Shown: in pieces, positions 30,701 through 39,582 of the stretch
Numbering within the stretch: the stretch's first letter is position 1
How the letters are laid out: the number at the start of each line of letters is the position of its first letter
DNA from: Deferribacterales bacterium
GTDB taxonomy: Bacteria > Chrysiogenota > Deferribacteres > Deferribacterales > Geovibrionaceae
Assembly: GCA_050253075.1 (NCBI GenBank)
Contig: JBFWJS010000002.1
Span: forward strand, 320,001-384,000
Length of the DNA: 64,000 nt
Reading direction: 5' to 3'
Translations under genes and position numbers: made by a program
Notes under the pieces: generated by a model
Databases searched by the model: none
Told to the model about the DNA's origin: nothing
Seen by the model: the letters and a program-made list of their open reading frames with translations, nothing else

Positions 30701-31152
30701 AGATAGGTACAGACACATGGAAAGATGTATCCATATCAAGAGGACAGTACGGCATCGGCGTCAAGACCGACGGCAAGCTCTACGGATGGGGATATTCATG
30801 GCAGTCATTCATGTTTGACGACAGCTACGACTACGATGTGCCGACAGCCATGTCAAACGCTGATACCGACTGGGAACGTGTCTGGGTAGGCTACGGCTAT
30901 TTCGCAGCTCAGAAATCAGACGGCAGCCTCTATACGGCAGGGAACAACGATGTCTATCCTGTGTATATGCAGGGGCTGGGAATCACCGAGACCAGCATCA
31001 ATACCCTCAGAAAGGTGGCAGGAACATACAACGATATCTTCTTCCTCTATGATGCCGTATATGCCAAGGGCACAGACGGAAAAGACTATACATGGGGCAG
31101 ACAGGGTTATTTAGAATTCGCCGAACCCAACCCTATAAAGATAATGGACTGA
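27787..31152 (+). CDS. Large lipoprotein with two Ig-like repeats and 14 RCC1/BLIP-II-like repeats
   Basis: ATG 27787 with GAGG RBS; lipobox LLTGC; two W.SS...VTLTAT repeats; 14 copies of xKxDG(T/S)LWxWG-like motif. Confidence 0.85.
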   Translation: MRSKLKSLFIFSALVILLTGCGVLDGDGNHSGTESSAGADLDFYGVAAIGAPAAGYTVYLQSADGQLLQAVADGSGGYSINARNIQAPYLLWFELTGGEKIYAVTFQDGVVNLNAITSALTKAAYALSGGEDEDIDPASFSEDRFGIAQDALADFMQPVLALYGVDHEGFNSVQMPDFIADGFGVDGILDDFEISYDDASEEIKIRIKGTGTDIGSLDIDGVRNNEENVDNIDETSLASVTASMVAKTASNITFTAIAGENTSANNVVTALNLFTTYKNGTTVTWTSSDEAVSTDGTITRQSTDTTVTLTATVGKDDYTSTKSIIILVKAAESTGGGEEPPAEFDDRYDFLGNNRTAESVILNLNMPTSLSDGTTISWASSEPEYITTNGELLKRPAVSEGDKIVTLTATETKNSITETNIYTVTIPAIIPHRMSYGSLIKEDGSLWQSGEIANYSVGIGYGVHNTFTQEITGAYDWVSVSSNTSYTLAIKSDGTLWGWGFNHDKQLTSDDVLLVETPIQIGTDDDWVSVSLGMYLNVAVALKADGTAWVCGSNDYDIVPSADGESVQIPIQELSLASDWADVQVGYLYITGLKTDGTIWSWGRNYFGGFGTARSYDLTATPVQESTKATDWSAIDAYSGTAAVKKDGTLWLWGGVSISLFASAEERVIKKAGPSFYSIEAPMQEPSLSTDWVRPFFGSSIGGVKSDGTIWSFGSGKSCILGNGLCEDSLEIVQESTASTDWIDAVTAGANIYALKSDGSFWGWGSNNGGELGTGQGYLTTYEPEVYDRKSFVKVDRRGGGEYFCGIEADGDLWCKSYYTPFFYQVEGSWSDVVTDGYGVWGIKTDGTLWFWGSDYYGYFMNGGAYMEYDTPTQIGTATWKQIALEKHDSASRYMMGIQTDGTLWAMGRDSYYDGSAWVTTTSPTKLSDDSWSKIVLGNYRMAIKTDGTLWAWSSGDSTGLGDTIPPSYPVQIGTDTWKDVSISRGQYGIGVKTDGKLYGWGYSWQSFMFDDSYDYDVPTAMSNADTDWERVWVGYGYFAAQKSDGSLYTAGNNDVYPVYMQGLGITETSINTLRKVAGTYNDIFFLYDAVYAKGTDGKDYTWGRQGYLEFAEPNPIKIMD

Positions 31153-31160
31153 TAATCACC

Positions 31161-31195
31161 AAAGGCTGTCGTAGAAATATGGCAGCCTTTTTTAT
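31161..31195 (+). terminator. Intrinsic terminator
   Basis: AAAGGCTGTC-N-GGCAGCCTTTTTT. Confidence 0.75.
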
Positions 31196-31377
31196 TCCGC
31201 CCGTTAAGAATCGAACAAATGCGCATATCGTAAAAAGAGTATCTAAAAAATCAATTTCTCATTCACGCCTTTATGCTTATATATGAATACAATAAAATAA
31301 CACAATAAAAGTCTTTAATATCAACGGTGAATTTTATTTATTGACTCATTATTAAAAGCATTATATACGTTGCTAAC

Positions 31378-31405
31378 ACCGTTATGTTTTTCAAAATATA
31401 ACGGT
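31378..31405. promoter_or_regulatory. ModE-type box 1
   Basis: ACCGTTAT-N12-ATAACGGT (28 bp, perfect 8-bp arms), just downstream of TTGACT-N17-TATACG (31341-31369). Confidence 0.75.
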
Positions 31406-31417
31406 TTTTAAACGGGC

Positions 31418-31445
31418 ATCGTTATTCTCTATAAAAGATAACGAT
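31418..31445. promoter_or_regulatory. ModE-type box 2
   Basis: ATCGTTAT-N12-ATAACGAT (28 bp); same length and outer arms as ATCGNTATATA-N6-TATATANCGAT. Confidence 0.8.
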
Positions 31446-31465
31446 AACATTCGGAGGTTATTATT

Positions 31466-32245
31466 ATGGACGGAAAATTATCCAGAAGAGATGTCTTGAC
31501 CAGAGCGGCCGTGCTGGGGGCGGGAGCTGTGTTCGGCGGTCTTACCACTTCGGCGGCAAAGGCTTCCGAGGCTGAATCTCTCATGAAGCAGTGGCCATGG
31601 CCATATGAAAAACTCGATCCTGCCGTTACGGCAGAGATAGCATACAACGAATGGTACAACCTCGGCTGCGGAGGGACGGTCATCCACTCCGTATTCGAAC
31701 AGCTCGCAGAGATCGTGGGCGAACCATACAAATCTTTTCCCGTGGAGTCATTCGCAATATTCGAAGGCGGTATGGCAGGCTGGGGAACCATATGCGGGTC
31801 TGTGAACGGTGCGTCCGTCGTGGCTGCGCTCATAGTCGGCCCTCCTACATGGGAGGAGATATCAGCCATAATAGCTTCAAACACTATGGACTGGTACTCC
31901 CACGCAAATATGCCACTTTACGTTCCGCAGGAACCGAGGGCAAACAAAGACTCCATCGTACAGACAGTGAGCGACTCTCCCCTCTGCCACGTATCCGTGG
32001 GCAAGTGGATGAAAGCGTCGGGCTTCTCACTCGGCAGTGACGAACGTCAGGACAGATGCGCACGTGTTTCAGCATCCGTGGCGTATAAGCTGGTGGAAAA
32101 GCTGAACGAATGGAAAGATCAGGGTGAAGACTTCTTCGAAGAAAAGGCATGGTCAGGTCCGAAAAAATCAGGAATCACAGCCCAATACAACTGCGCATCC
32201 TGCCACGGCGAAAATGTGCCGAAACCACCTCTTGCCAAAAAATAA
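31466..32245 (+). CDS. Split-Soret cytochrome c-like Tat protein (C_GCAxxG_C_C family)
   Basis: SRRDVL Tat motif; WPWPYEKLDP; GCGG; GGMAGWGTICGSVNG; SPLCHVSV; RCAR; C-terminal CASCH. Confidence 0.85.
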   Translation: MDGKLSRRDVLTRAAVLGAGAVFGGLTTSAAKASEAESLMKQWPWPYEKLDPAVTAEIAYNEWYNLGCGGTVIHSVFEQLAEIVGEPYKSFPVESFAIFEGGMAGWGTICGSVNGASVVAALIVGPPTWEEISAIIASNTMDWYSHANMPLYVPQEPRANKDSIVQTVSDSPLCHVSVGKWMKASGFSLGSDERQDRCARVSASVAYKLVEKLNEWKDQGEDFFEEKAWSGPKKSGITAQYNCASCHGENVPKPPLAKK

Positions 32246-32263
32246 TCTATAAGGAGTGGTTAG

Positions 32264-32953
32264 ATGAAAAGAAGAGATTTCGTAAAAGGAATGACCGGCG
32301 TGACCGTTCTGTCGCTCTCGCCTATGCCCATAATCTTTAAGAACAGGGACAAGTGGAACGGCTTCAACACCCTGACAGCAGACAGACCGGAGAAAGAGCA
32401 TCACTATGCTATGGTTATCGTTCAGAACAACTGCATAGGGTGCAGAGCATGCGAAAAGGCGTGCAAGGGCGCATGGGACATATCCGAAGAGAGCGGACAT
32501 TTCCGCACCAGAGTGCTCTATGGCGCTCAGGCGCAGAGTAACAATACAAAGATGACATGGCTGCCTGTGCTCTGTAACCAGTGCGACAACGCTCCATGTG
32601 TAAAAGTATGCCCCACAAAGGCAAGCTATAAAAGATCAGAAGACGGTGTGATACTGGTGGATGCGGCAAAGTGCATCGGGTGCAAGACATGCATCGTAGC
32701 ATGCCCCTACGACGCCAGATATTATTCCGAAGAAAAGCATACGGTCGACAAGTGTACGTTCTGTCTTCCAAAAGTCCAGCAGGGGCAGCTGCCGGCATGT
32801 GTCGAACGCTGTCCTATGCAGGTCAGGTTTTTCGGCGACCTGCTCGACCCGCACTCTAAGGTGTCTAAGATACTCAAAGAGGCTGTCTCCTATCATGTGC
32901 TGAAACCTGAGGCAGGTACAAAATCTAATGTGTTCTATACACAGGAAATATAG
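32264..32953 (+). CDS. Tat-signal 4Fe-4S dicluster protein (NrfC/PsrB-like)
   Basis: KRRDFVK; CIGCRACEKAC, CNQCDNAPCVKVCP, CIGCKTCIVACP, CTFC...PACVERCP. Confidence 0.93.
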   Translation: MKRRDFVKGMTGVTVLSLSPMPIIFKNRDKWNGFNTLTADRPEKEHHYAMVIVQNNCIGCRACEKACKGAWDISEESGHFRTRVLYGAQAQSNNTKMTWLPVLCNQCDNAPCVKVCPTKASYKRSEDGVILVDAAKCIGCKTCIVACPYDARYYSEEKHTVDKCTFCLPKVQQGQLPACVERCPMQVRFFGDLLDPHSKVSKILKEAVSYHVLKPEAGTKSNVFYTQEI

Positions 32954-32960
32954 GGGGGCG

Positions 32961-34136
32961 ATGATGTCTGTAAACATAAAGAATAAACAAATCTCGGCTA
33001 TGCCTTTCATACTGCTCGGGCTGGTGCTCGTGGCTGTCGGCGGCATTTCGGCGATTACAGTTTTCATAAAAGGTCACGAGACTATGTACGGCGTTACACG
33101 TCAGATGCCGTGGGGGCTGCTCATCGCTACCTATGCGTATTTTGTAATAACCTCCACAGGGCTCGCATTCATAGGCGGGCTGGGGCACGCATTCGGATAT
33201 GAGAAATATGCCGTCATCAGCAGACGCATCGTCGTCCTCGCTACCGTTGTGCTCCTTGCCGGCTTCACACAGATACTCATGGAGATAGGCCAGCCGCTGA
33301 AGATGGTGTATATGATGATATCGCCAAACCCTACGGCGCCTATATTCTGGATGGGCATATTCTACAGCGTAGAGCTGGTGATACTCGCCTTTGAGCTTTA
33401 CCTCATATTCAAACCGAATCAAACGGAAAGAGACCATAAAATGGCGGCCGGTGCGGGATTCATGGCGCTTTTAGTCGGTGTTTTAGCCACCAGCAACCTC
33501 GGGTTCGTTTTCGGATCTATCTCAGCCAGAGCGTGGTTTCAGGGGATATATTTTTCGACATTTCTGGTGATATCAGGCATATCCGCAGGCGCAGGCCTCC
33601 TTATACTTGTGCACTATGTAATATATAAAGGCAGAGTGCCCGAAGACACCAAAGATGCACTTATCTCACTCGGTAAATTGATGGGCGGCGGCATCGCACT
33701 GATGCTTTTCCTGTATGTATGGAAAATGTTCTCATCCGTGTTCATAGGCTCAGGCGATGCCTACGCTTCCGCAATGGCGCTTCTCAACGGTGCATACAGC
33801 CTTAATTTCTGGGTGGGGGAGATACTCATGGCAGTTGTCATACCTCTCCTGCTGATAATGACAGCGAAAGGACGCATAGGCAGACTTGCCTTTGGCGGGT
33901 TCATATTCCTCATCGGGCTGTTTTTCACCAGATACGACTTTGTCGTGGTGGGTCAGCTTCCGCCGATGCGTGCGGGCTTTTTCGGCTCGGGCGCACTGAC
34001 AGATGTTGTGGGGCTGGATTTCTATTCGCCTTCCATGACGGAGTGGCTGATATACCTTTTAGGTTTCGGTGTATTTTTCCTCTTATATTTCTCTGCGGAA
34101 AAGTTTCTGAACCTCGAAACAATGGACAAACACTAG
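32961..34136 (+). CDS. NrfD/PsrC-family quinone-interacting membrane subunit
   Basis: PWGLLIATYAYF; EIGQP; SPNPTAPIFWM; RYDFVVVGQ; YSPSMTEW; many TM helices. Confidence 0.9.
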   Translation: MMSVNIKNKQISAMPFILLGLVLVAVGGISAITVFIKGHETMYGVTRQMPWGLLIATYAYFVITSTGLAFIGGLGHAFGYEKYAVISRRIVVLATVVLLAGFTQILMEIGQPLKMVYMMISPNPTAPIFWMGIFYSVELVILAFELYLIFKPNQTERDHKMAAGAGFMALLVGVLATSNLGFVFGSISARAWFQGIYFSTFLVISGISAGAGLLILVHYVIYKGRVPEDTKDALISLGKLMGGGIALMLFLYVWKMFSSVFIGSGDAYASAMALLNGAYSLNFWVGEILMAVVIPLLLIMTAKGRIGRLAFGGFIFLIGLFFTRYDFVVVGQLPPMRAGFFGSGALTDVVGLDFYSPSMTEWLIYLLGFGVFFLLYFSAEKFLNLETMDKH

Positions 34137-34199
34137 CGAATTAGGGACCGCTGGTATAATATGCGGGGCTTCTTTTGCCAGGGAGGCCCCGTTATTTAA

Positions 34200-34586
34200 T
34201 CAGAATTTATCCAGAATATCCTTCTGAGAATCGAGGAACCCTTCAAAGTTTTCACACAGCTCCCAGTAAAGTTTGATGACACGCATCCCCTCCTCCGTGA
34301 GCTCTGCTCCGCCTCCGCCTGTTCCGCCGGTGCTCTTTATCACCAGAGGCTTTTCAGACATGGAGTTTATGCTCTCCACCAGCTTCCACGCACGGCTGTA
34401 AGACATCTTTTCAGAAGATGCCGCCTTTGATATCGAGCCGTATTCGAGTATCTTTTCCAGAAAGATGATCTTGCCCAGACCGAGGAAGTTTTTGTCGTCA
34501 CGGTCTATCCATATACGCCCGCTGAGGGTCGTGTTTCCCGAGCGTTTTTTCAGTTCTATTCGTTTTGTCATATCATTTCTTCGCAT
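34200..34586 (-). CDS. ModE-family regulator, DNA-binding domain only (no molybdate-binding TOBE domains)
   Basis: LGLGKIIFLEKI...GSISKAA..MSYSRAW...GGTGGGGAELT; 128 aa. Confidence 0.88.
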   Translation of the reverse strand: MRRNDMTKRIELKKRSGNTTLSGRIWIDRDDKNFLGLGKIIFLEKILEYGSISKAASSEKMSYSRAWKLVESINSMSEKPLVIKSTGGTGGGGAELTEEGMRVIKLYWELCENFEGFLDSQKDILDKF

Positions 34587-34631
34587 TTATAGAGTTTATT
34601 GAACTTATCATTGTTTTTATACCAAGGCAAA

Positions 34632-35510
34632 TCAGTCTTTCCACACTGTCCTTATGGTTTGCCCGAAAGACTTGAATATCCGGTCGCTCCCTCTGCTCAT
34701 CAGCCAGCCTATATACAGAGAGACCATATATGTCTTCACCGGCCATATGGCCACATAGCCCTCTTCCACCAGCTTTTCGGCTATGCTCTGCTGCATGATG
34801 GCAGCGCCCTGCCCCTCCTTCACCAGCTCACGCACGATGTTTTCATCCTCTGTGGTGATGACCTTATCCGGCTCTATCCCCCTCTCCTCAAACTCTCTCC
34901 GAAGCTCCTGATAAAATGGACATCCTTTGAACGTCCACACCCACGGCAGCTTCACGATATCCTCATGGGACAGCTTCGAAGGGTCGTCACAAAATGATTT
35001 CGGTATTACCACACAGATAGGCACATCCGCCACCTTTGACCTTTCGATATCTTCAGACATCTCGTATTCGAAGTAAAAACCGAGGTCGATCTTTCCACGC
35101 TTCAGCATATCTTCCGTTTTTCTGGTTTCGCTGACCATGAAGATGATGTTCAGCTGAGGAAAGCAGGCGGAGAGCTTTGCGTTCATAGCGGCTATTTTAA
35201 GGGATGCGGGGTCTGTGTTCAGCCCTATGGTGAGGGTTGTGACATGCTCATCGCTGAGGGAGAACGCCTTGCTCTTCATAGATTCGGCAGAGGTCAGTAT
35301 GTTTCGGGCATAGCTTATCAGCTCTTCTCCGCTGACGGTCAGCTCCATCCCCTTCGAGGACCTTTCGAAAAGGCTCAGCCGCAGCTCTTCCTCCAGCTGT
35401 CTCAGCTTTGTGCTCAGTGCCGACTGGCTTATGTTCAGGTTGCACGCCGCCTTTGTGAGATTCCCCGTGTCTGCTATCTCTGTGAAAGCGTAAAGCTGGC
35501 TTATCTCCAT
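34632..35510 (-). CDS. LysR-family transcriptional regulator
   Basis: GNLTKAACNLNISQSALSTKLRQLEEEL...LFER. Confidence 0.95.
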   Translation of the reverse strand: MEISQLYAFTEIADTGNLTKAACNLNISQSALSTKLRQLEEELRLSLFERSSKGMELTVSGEELISYARNILTSAESMKSKAFSLSDEHVTTLTIGLNTDPASLKIAAMNAKLSACFPQLNIIFMVSETRKTEDMLKRGKIDLGFYFEYEMSEDIERSKVADVPICVVIPKSFCDDPSKLSHEDIVKLPWVWTFKGCPFYQELRREFEERGIEPDKVITTEDENIVRELVKEGQGAAIMQQSIAEKLVEEGYVAIWPVKTYMVSLYIGWLMSRGSDRIFKSFGQTIRTVWKD

Positions 35511-35520
35511 AGCTCCCTCC

Positions 35521-35548
35521 GTTCTGTTTTACAGAACGCATTGTTCTG
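35521..35548. promoter_or_regulatory. Putative LysR operator
   Basis: GTTCTG-N5-CAGAAC-N5-GTTCTG containing T-N11-A, between divergent lysR and permease. Confidence 0.5.
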
Positions 35549-35654
35549 ATTATTCGATTTGACTACACATATAATTACTTATATTAAAATAGATTACAAG
35601 ATATACATTACATCGGCAAACAGCTAGATGTTTCGAAATACCGAATGAGGAACA

Positions 35655-36866
35655 ATGATGGACAACAAAAAGATAGGCACTGCAAAACTGTGCGGGCTCA
35701 TAGTAGGCCCCATATTAGGATCGGGGATAATCATACTGCCGCCTATCAGTCTGAACATTATGGGTGAGTGGGCGATATACGGCTGGATAACCATCATGTG
35801 CATCAGCTTCATGTTCGCCCATGTTTTCGGAAAGCTGTCTGTGATGTTCCCCGGGGATGCGGGTGTTTCAAACGCTGTGGAGCAGGCATTCGGCAAAGGG
35901 GTGAAACAGCTCACGTCTTTTTATCTGGCCGGTGCGGCATGCTTCGGTCCTGTGGCGGTACTGCTGACCGCATCGGATTATGCAAATGTATCAGGCACTT
36001 TAAACGAACACCTCTTGGCCGCAGGCTTCCTTATCCTCTCCATGTTCTTACTGCTGAGGAGGCTGACTCACATAGGCACCGTGTCCTTCATACTGACATC
36101 TGCCGCAGCCGTCATACTCTTCATAGGGAGCGCATCGGGGCTTTCAGACGGAGGTCTCAGCCTCAGCCCCACAGAGCCTTTCAGCGTTCAGAGCTTTGGC
36201 TACGGACTGCTTCTGCTCTTCTGGACTATCGTAGGATGGGAGATAATAGGAAACTTTTCAAATGATATAAAAGACCCCGAAAGAACAATGCCGAGGGCAA
36301 TATTCATCAGCGTGCTTCTGATAGCGGGCATAAGCCTGATAGTGGTCGCCGCCCTTCAGACCAGATATCCGCAGCAGGATATCTCGATCACACTGCTGCT
36401 GAAGCCCATCTTCGGCGGTACTGCCCCGTATGTAACTGCTTTCCTCACACTGTCACTGTGCATCACGACATATCTGGCATTCACGGGTGCAGTGGCGAGG
36501 CTCCTTAACGCCCTATCCACAGACGGAAAGCTCCCCCGGTGGCTGAAAATACGAAACACGTCAAACGCCCCCGCAGCAGGCATTTATGTCATGATATCCA
36601 TACACGCCCTTGCGCTTATAATGGTTTCAGGCGGTTGGCTGAATGTAGAAAAGCTGGTCTCCATAGCCGACGGATTCTTTCTGGCGAATGCTCTGACGGG
36701 TATCCTGGCGGGAATAAAGATATTTAAAAGCAAGAGGGAGAAATGGCTCTCAGTCTTTTTAGCAGTCCTGCTGTGCATCATCCTGCTCTTTTCAAACATC
36801 TATGTGATAGCAGTCATCATAATAATGGCATTTGCCATACCGAAGATGGTCTCCGCCGACCGCTAA
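35655..36866 (+). CDS. APC-family amino-acid permease/exporter (YjeH-like)
   Basis: GPILGSGIIILP; FPGDAGV; FWTIVGWE; KDPERTMPRA; ~12 TM. Confidence 0.85.
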   Translation: MMDNKKIGTAKLCGLIVGPILGSGIIILPPISLNIMGEWAIYGWITIMCISFMFAHVFGKLSVMFPGDAGVSNAVEQAFGKGVKQLTSFYLAGAACFGPVAVLLTASDYANVSGTLNEHLLAAGFLILSMFLLLRRLTHIGTVSFILTSAAAVILFIGSASGLSDGGLSLSPTEPFSVQSFGYGLLLLFWTIVGWEIIGNFSNDIKDPERTMPRAIFISVLLIAGISLIVVAALQTRYPQQDISITLLLKPIFGGTAPYVTAFLTLSLCITTYLAFTGAVARLLNALSTDGKLPRWLKIRNTSNAPAAGIYVMISIHALALIMVSGGWLNVEKLVSIADGFFLANALTGILAGIKIFKSKREKWLSVFLAVLLCIILLFSNIYVIAVIIIMAFAIPKMVSADR

Positions 36867-36984
36867 CACTATAATGGCATTATACATATAAATACTTTCC
36901 GGTTCATTTACTGCCGCCTTTATTGTGACAATTAGTGTAGCAAATTTAGCTATGAAATTCTCATAATGGGGGGTAACATATTTC

Positions 36985-37839
36985 ATGAAAAACATACTGA
37001 CTATTTTATTTATATTACTCAGCCTGAACCTGTATGCCGAGCCTCTGCGCTTCGGCATAGCTTCTATAATATCACCCGAGGAGTCCCTCGCCCTTTATCA
37101 CGACTTTAACGACTATATAGGCGACAAGCTCGGACGTGATGTAGAAACAGTGATCAAAAGAGACTACGACGTCATGAACCAGATGCTGAAAAGCTCCAGT
37201 GTGGACATAGCATCGATATGCACGGGTGCTGTGGCTTATCTGGACGATTCGGACATCCGCATAATAGCCGTGCCCGAAGTTCAGGGGAAGCACTCGTATC
37301 AGTCGTACATCATAACAAACACCGAAAGCGGCATAAAGGATGTGAACGGTCTGAAAGGGAGCACATTCGCCTTTACGGACAGGCTTTCAAACAGCGGGAC
37401 GATATACCCGACATTCCTTATCATCAAAATTTTCAGCAAAACACCCGAAGAGATATTCAAAAACGTCTATTACACCAAGAGCCACGACAAGTCTATCTAT
37501 CTGGTGAATAAGGGTGTTGTGGATGCTGCAGCAGTGGACAGCCTTATATACGACTATATAAAGAAGACCCGCCCGGCAGAGGTCTCCAACACAGAGATAA
37601 TACATAAATCTCCTGAGATAATAGCTCCGCCGATAGTCGCATCGGGCACTCTGGATGAGACGATTTTCTTGAAGATACAGGACATTCTGCTGAATATGCA
37701 CAAAACAAACGAAGGCTCAGAGATACTTAAACATCTGAACATAGACAAGTTTGTAAAGGCGGACATGGCGGATTTTAAAACTATCAGAGAGATAAGGCAG
37801 GCAGTTGAAACATTTAATTCTGAAAGTAATACCAAATAG
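36985..37839 (+). CDS. PhnD/SsuA-fold periplasmic binding protein (AioX/ArxX-like sensory component)
   Basis: Signal peptide; ICTG; YQSYII; FAFTDRLSNSG; SHDKSIYLV; DAAAVDSLIY; overlaps a histidine kinase, no permease nearby. Confidence 0.85.
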   Translation: MKNILTILFILLSLNLYAEPLRFGIASIISPEESLALYHDFNDYIGDKLGRDVETVIKRDYDVMNQMLKSSSVDIASICTGAVAYLDDSDIRIIAVPEVQGKHSYQSYIITNTESGIKDVNGLKGSTFAFTDRLSNSGTIYPTFLIIKIFSKTPEEIFKNVYYTKSHDKSIYLVNKGVVDAAAVDSLIYDYIKKTRPAEVSNTEIIHKSPEIIAPPIVASGTLDETIFLKIQDILLNMHKTNEGSEILKHLNIDKFVKADMADFKTIREIRQAVETFNSESNTK

Positions 37840-39187
37840 TTTCAGCAAGAGGATAGCATTCCTTATACTCATCCTCGCTTTCCTGACAATGAGCATAAAT
37901 GTCATTGTGACCATATTCTACGAGTATTCAAACACATACAACAACGCCCGAAAGATGATAGACTCTCAGTTCAGCATCATGTCGAAAGACATATCCGAAG
38001 CCATCATCACAGACGACATCTACAGGCTGTATACTATGACAGAGGAAGTATCCAGCAATATCAGCCACATAGACAACATCATCATATTCGACTCCAAGAA
38101 GGGCTACATCACAGATGCGAAGGTGCGCAAAACCCCGCCTGAAAGAAATGAGCTGTTCGTCACCATAGAAAAAGAGCTTTTCGTAGGGTCACATAAGACT
38201 GTGGGCTATATAGATTTTTACATCAGCAGACAGTCGATACTTAACAGCGTGCTGAAGAATGTCGCCGTACTCATCCTCATAAACGGGCTGGTGCTGATAT
38301 TCGGTGCGATGGCGGGTATGTTCATCAGCAACAAGCTGACATGGCCTATGCTCTCGCTATCGGAGCAGATATCAAAGCTGGATGTTCTCAATCTGCCTTA
38401 CAAGGTCTCACTGCCGATATACAGCTCGAAAGAAACGCAGCAGCTGAAGAACGTTATCGAAGACCTGTCTGAAAACCTGAAAGAATCGCTGGATAAGATA
38501 AGCCAGCAGCAGAAGGACATATCAAGGTCTGAGAGGCTGGCATACATAGGCACTATGTCTGCGGGGCTGGCGCACGAGCTGAAAAACCCGATAATGTCCA
38601 TAAACCTGATACTGGAGTCGCTGGCGGCTGATTATAAGAACGATAAACAGTTTCAGGAGGACTACCGTATAATAAAGGCACAGGCGGACAAGCTTGTCTA
38701 CAGGATAAACGAATTCCTCAATTACTCTAAACCTATCAGCCTGAACAACAAACCCGACATGCTCTTTGACATAATATCTGAGATAAAGCGTCAGAGCTAT
38801 TCGATGAAGCTGTCCGGGCTGGATATCATCACCGACGCAAAGGCAGATATCCCGATGAACATAGACAGGGATAAATTTATACAGATATTCGAAATACTGC
38901 TGAACAACTCCAAGGATGCAGGAGCATACAAGGTTTCGCTGGAGTTTTATGAAGCCGAAGAGAAACTGAATGTGACATATGAAGACAACGGACCGGGCTT
39001 TGCCGAAAGCGAAGTTGCTAAGATAATGCTCCCCTTCTACAGCACAAAGAAAGAGGGCTCAGGTCTCGGGCTTGCCATCTGCTCTGCCATAATAGATGCC
39101 ATGGGCGGTATCATCACTGCTGAAAACCTCTCCGCCGGGGGCGCATGCTTCAAAATGAACATACCGCTCGAGTCTCAGCAGCCGTAA
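37805..39187 (+). CDS. Sensor histidine kinase (NtrB-type)
   Basis: Two TM; ERLAYIGTMSAGLAHELKNP; DNGPG; PFYSTKKEGSGLGL. Confidence 0.93.
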   Translation: MKHLILKVIPNSFSKRIAFLILILAFLTMSINVIVTIFYEYSNTYNNARKMIDSQFSIMSKDISEAIITDDIYRLYTMTEEVSSNISHIDNIIIFDSKKGYITDAKVRKTPPERNELFVTIEKELFVGSHKTVGYIDFYISRQSILNSVLKNVAVLILINGLVLIFGAMAGMFISNKLTWPMLSLSEQISKLDVLNLPYKVSLPIYSSKETQQLKNVIEDLSENLKESLDKISQQQKDISRSERLAYIGTMSAGLAHELKNPIMSINLILESLAADYKNDKQFQEDYRIIKAQADKLVYRINEFLNYSKPISLNNKPDMLFDIISEIKRQSYSMKLSGLDIITDAKADIPMNIDRDKFIQIFEILLNNSKDAGAYKVSLEFYEAEEKLNVTYEDNGPGFAESEVAKIMLPFYSTKKEGSGLGLAICSAIIDAMGGIITAENLSAGGACFKMNIPLESQQP

Positions 39188-39528
39188 TCTCTCTCTTCCA
39201 ATATCACCTTATCCAGCTTCAGCTTTACTGCTTCGCTTTTCTCGCCTGACTTTATAGTAATGATGACCTCGTCACCTTCGAAACAGCCGTTTTCAAAATA
39301 TATCGCCCCTTCGTCTGAGCGGTAGGTCTCGCCGTTTTTCGTGATATTCTCCATACGCTGGATTTTGATGCAGGGCATGTTTATATCTATATTAAAGCTC
39401 TCTATGCTGTTCAGTTTTATACGAAAGTTTTCGAACTCCCTCACCTTCTCAGGCTTTGCGTTTATGAGATCGCCCGCATTGGCTGTCAGTGCTGTCATCA
39501 GGAGCATCAGTGATAAAAAGTATTTCAT
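39175..39528 (-). CDS. Small secreted hypothetical protein
   Basis: ATG 39528 with GAGG RBS; MKYFLSLMLLMTALTANA signal peptide. Confidence 0.6.
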   Translation of the reverse strand: MKYFLSLMLLMTALTANAGDLINAKPEKVREFENFRIKLNSIESFNIDINMPCIKIQRMENITKNGETYRSDEGAIYFENGCFEGDEVIITIKSGEKSEAVKLKLDKVILEERDYGC

Positions 39529-39540
39529 AACGAACCTCAT

Positions 39541-39573
39541 AAAAAAAGGCGGGGCACACTTCTGCACCCCGCC
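39541..39573 (-). terminator. Intrinsic terminator after TtrA/SrdA-like gene
   Basis: GGCGGGG..CCCCGCC stem with T7 on the minus strand. Confidence 0.8.
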
Positions 39574-39582
39574 GTGATTGAT

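Noticed and set aside
29080..31100. Repetitive DNA as CRISPR array or diversity-generating retroelement target
   Set aside because: Repeats are degenerate protein-coding RCC1 units; no identical spaced repeats, cas genes or reverse transcriptase in the window
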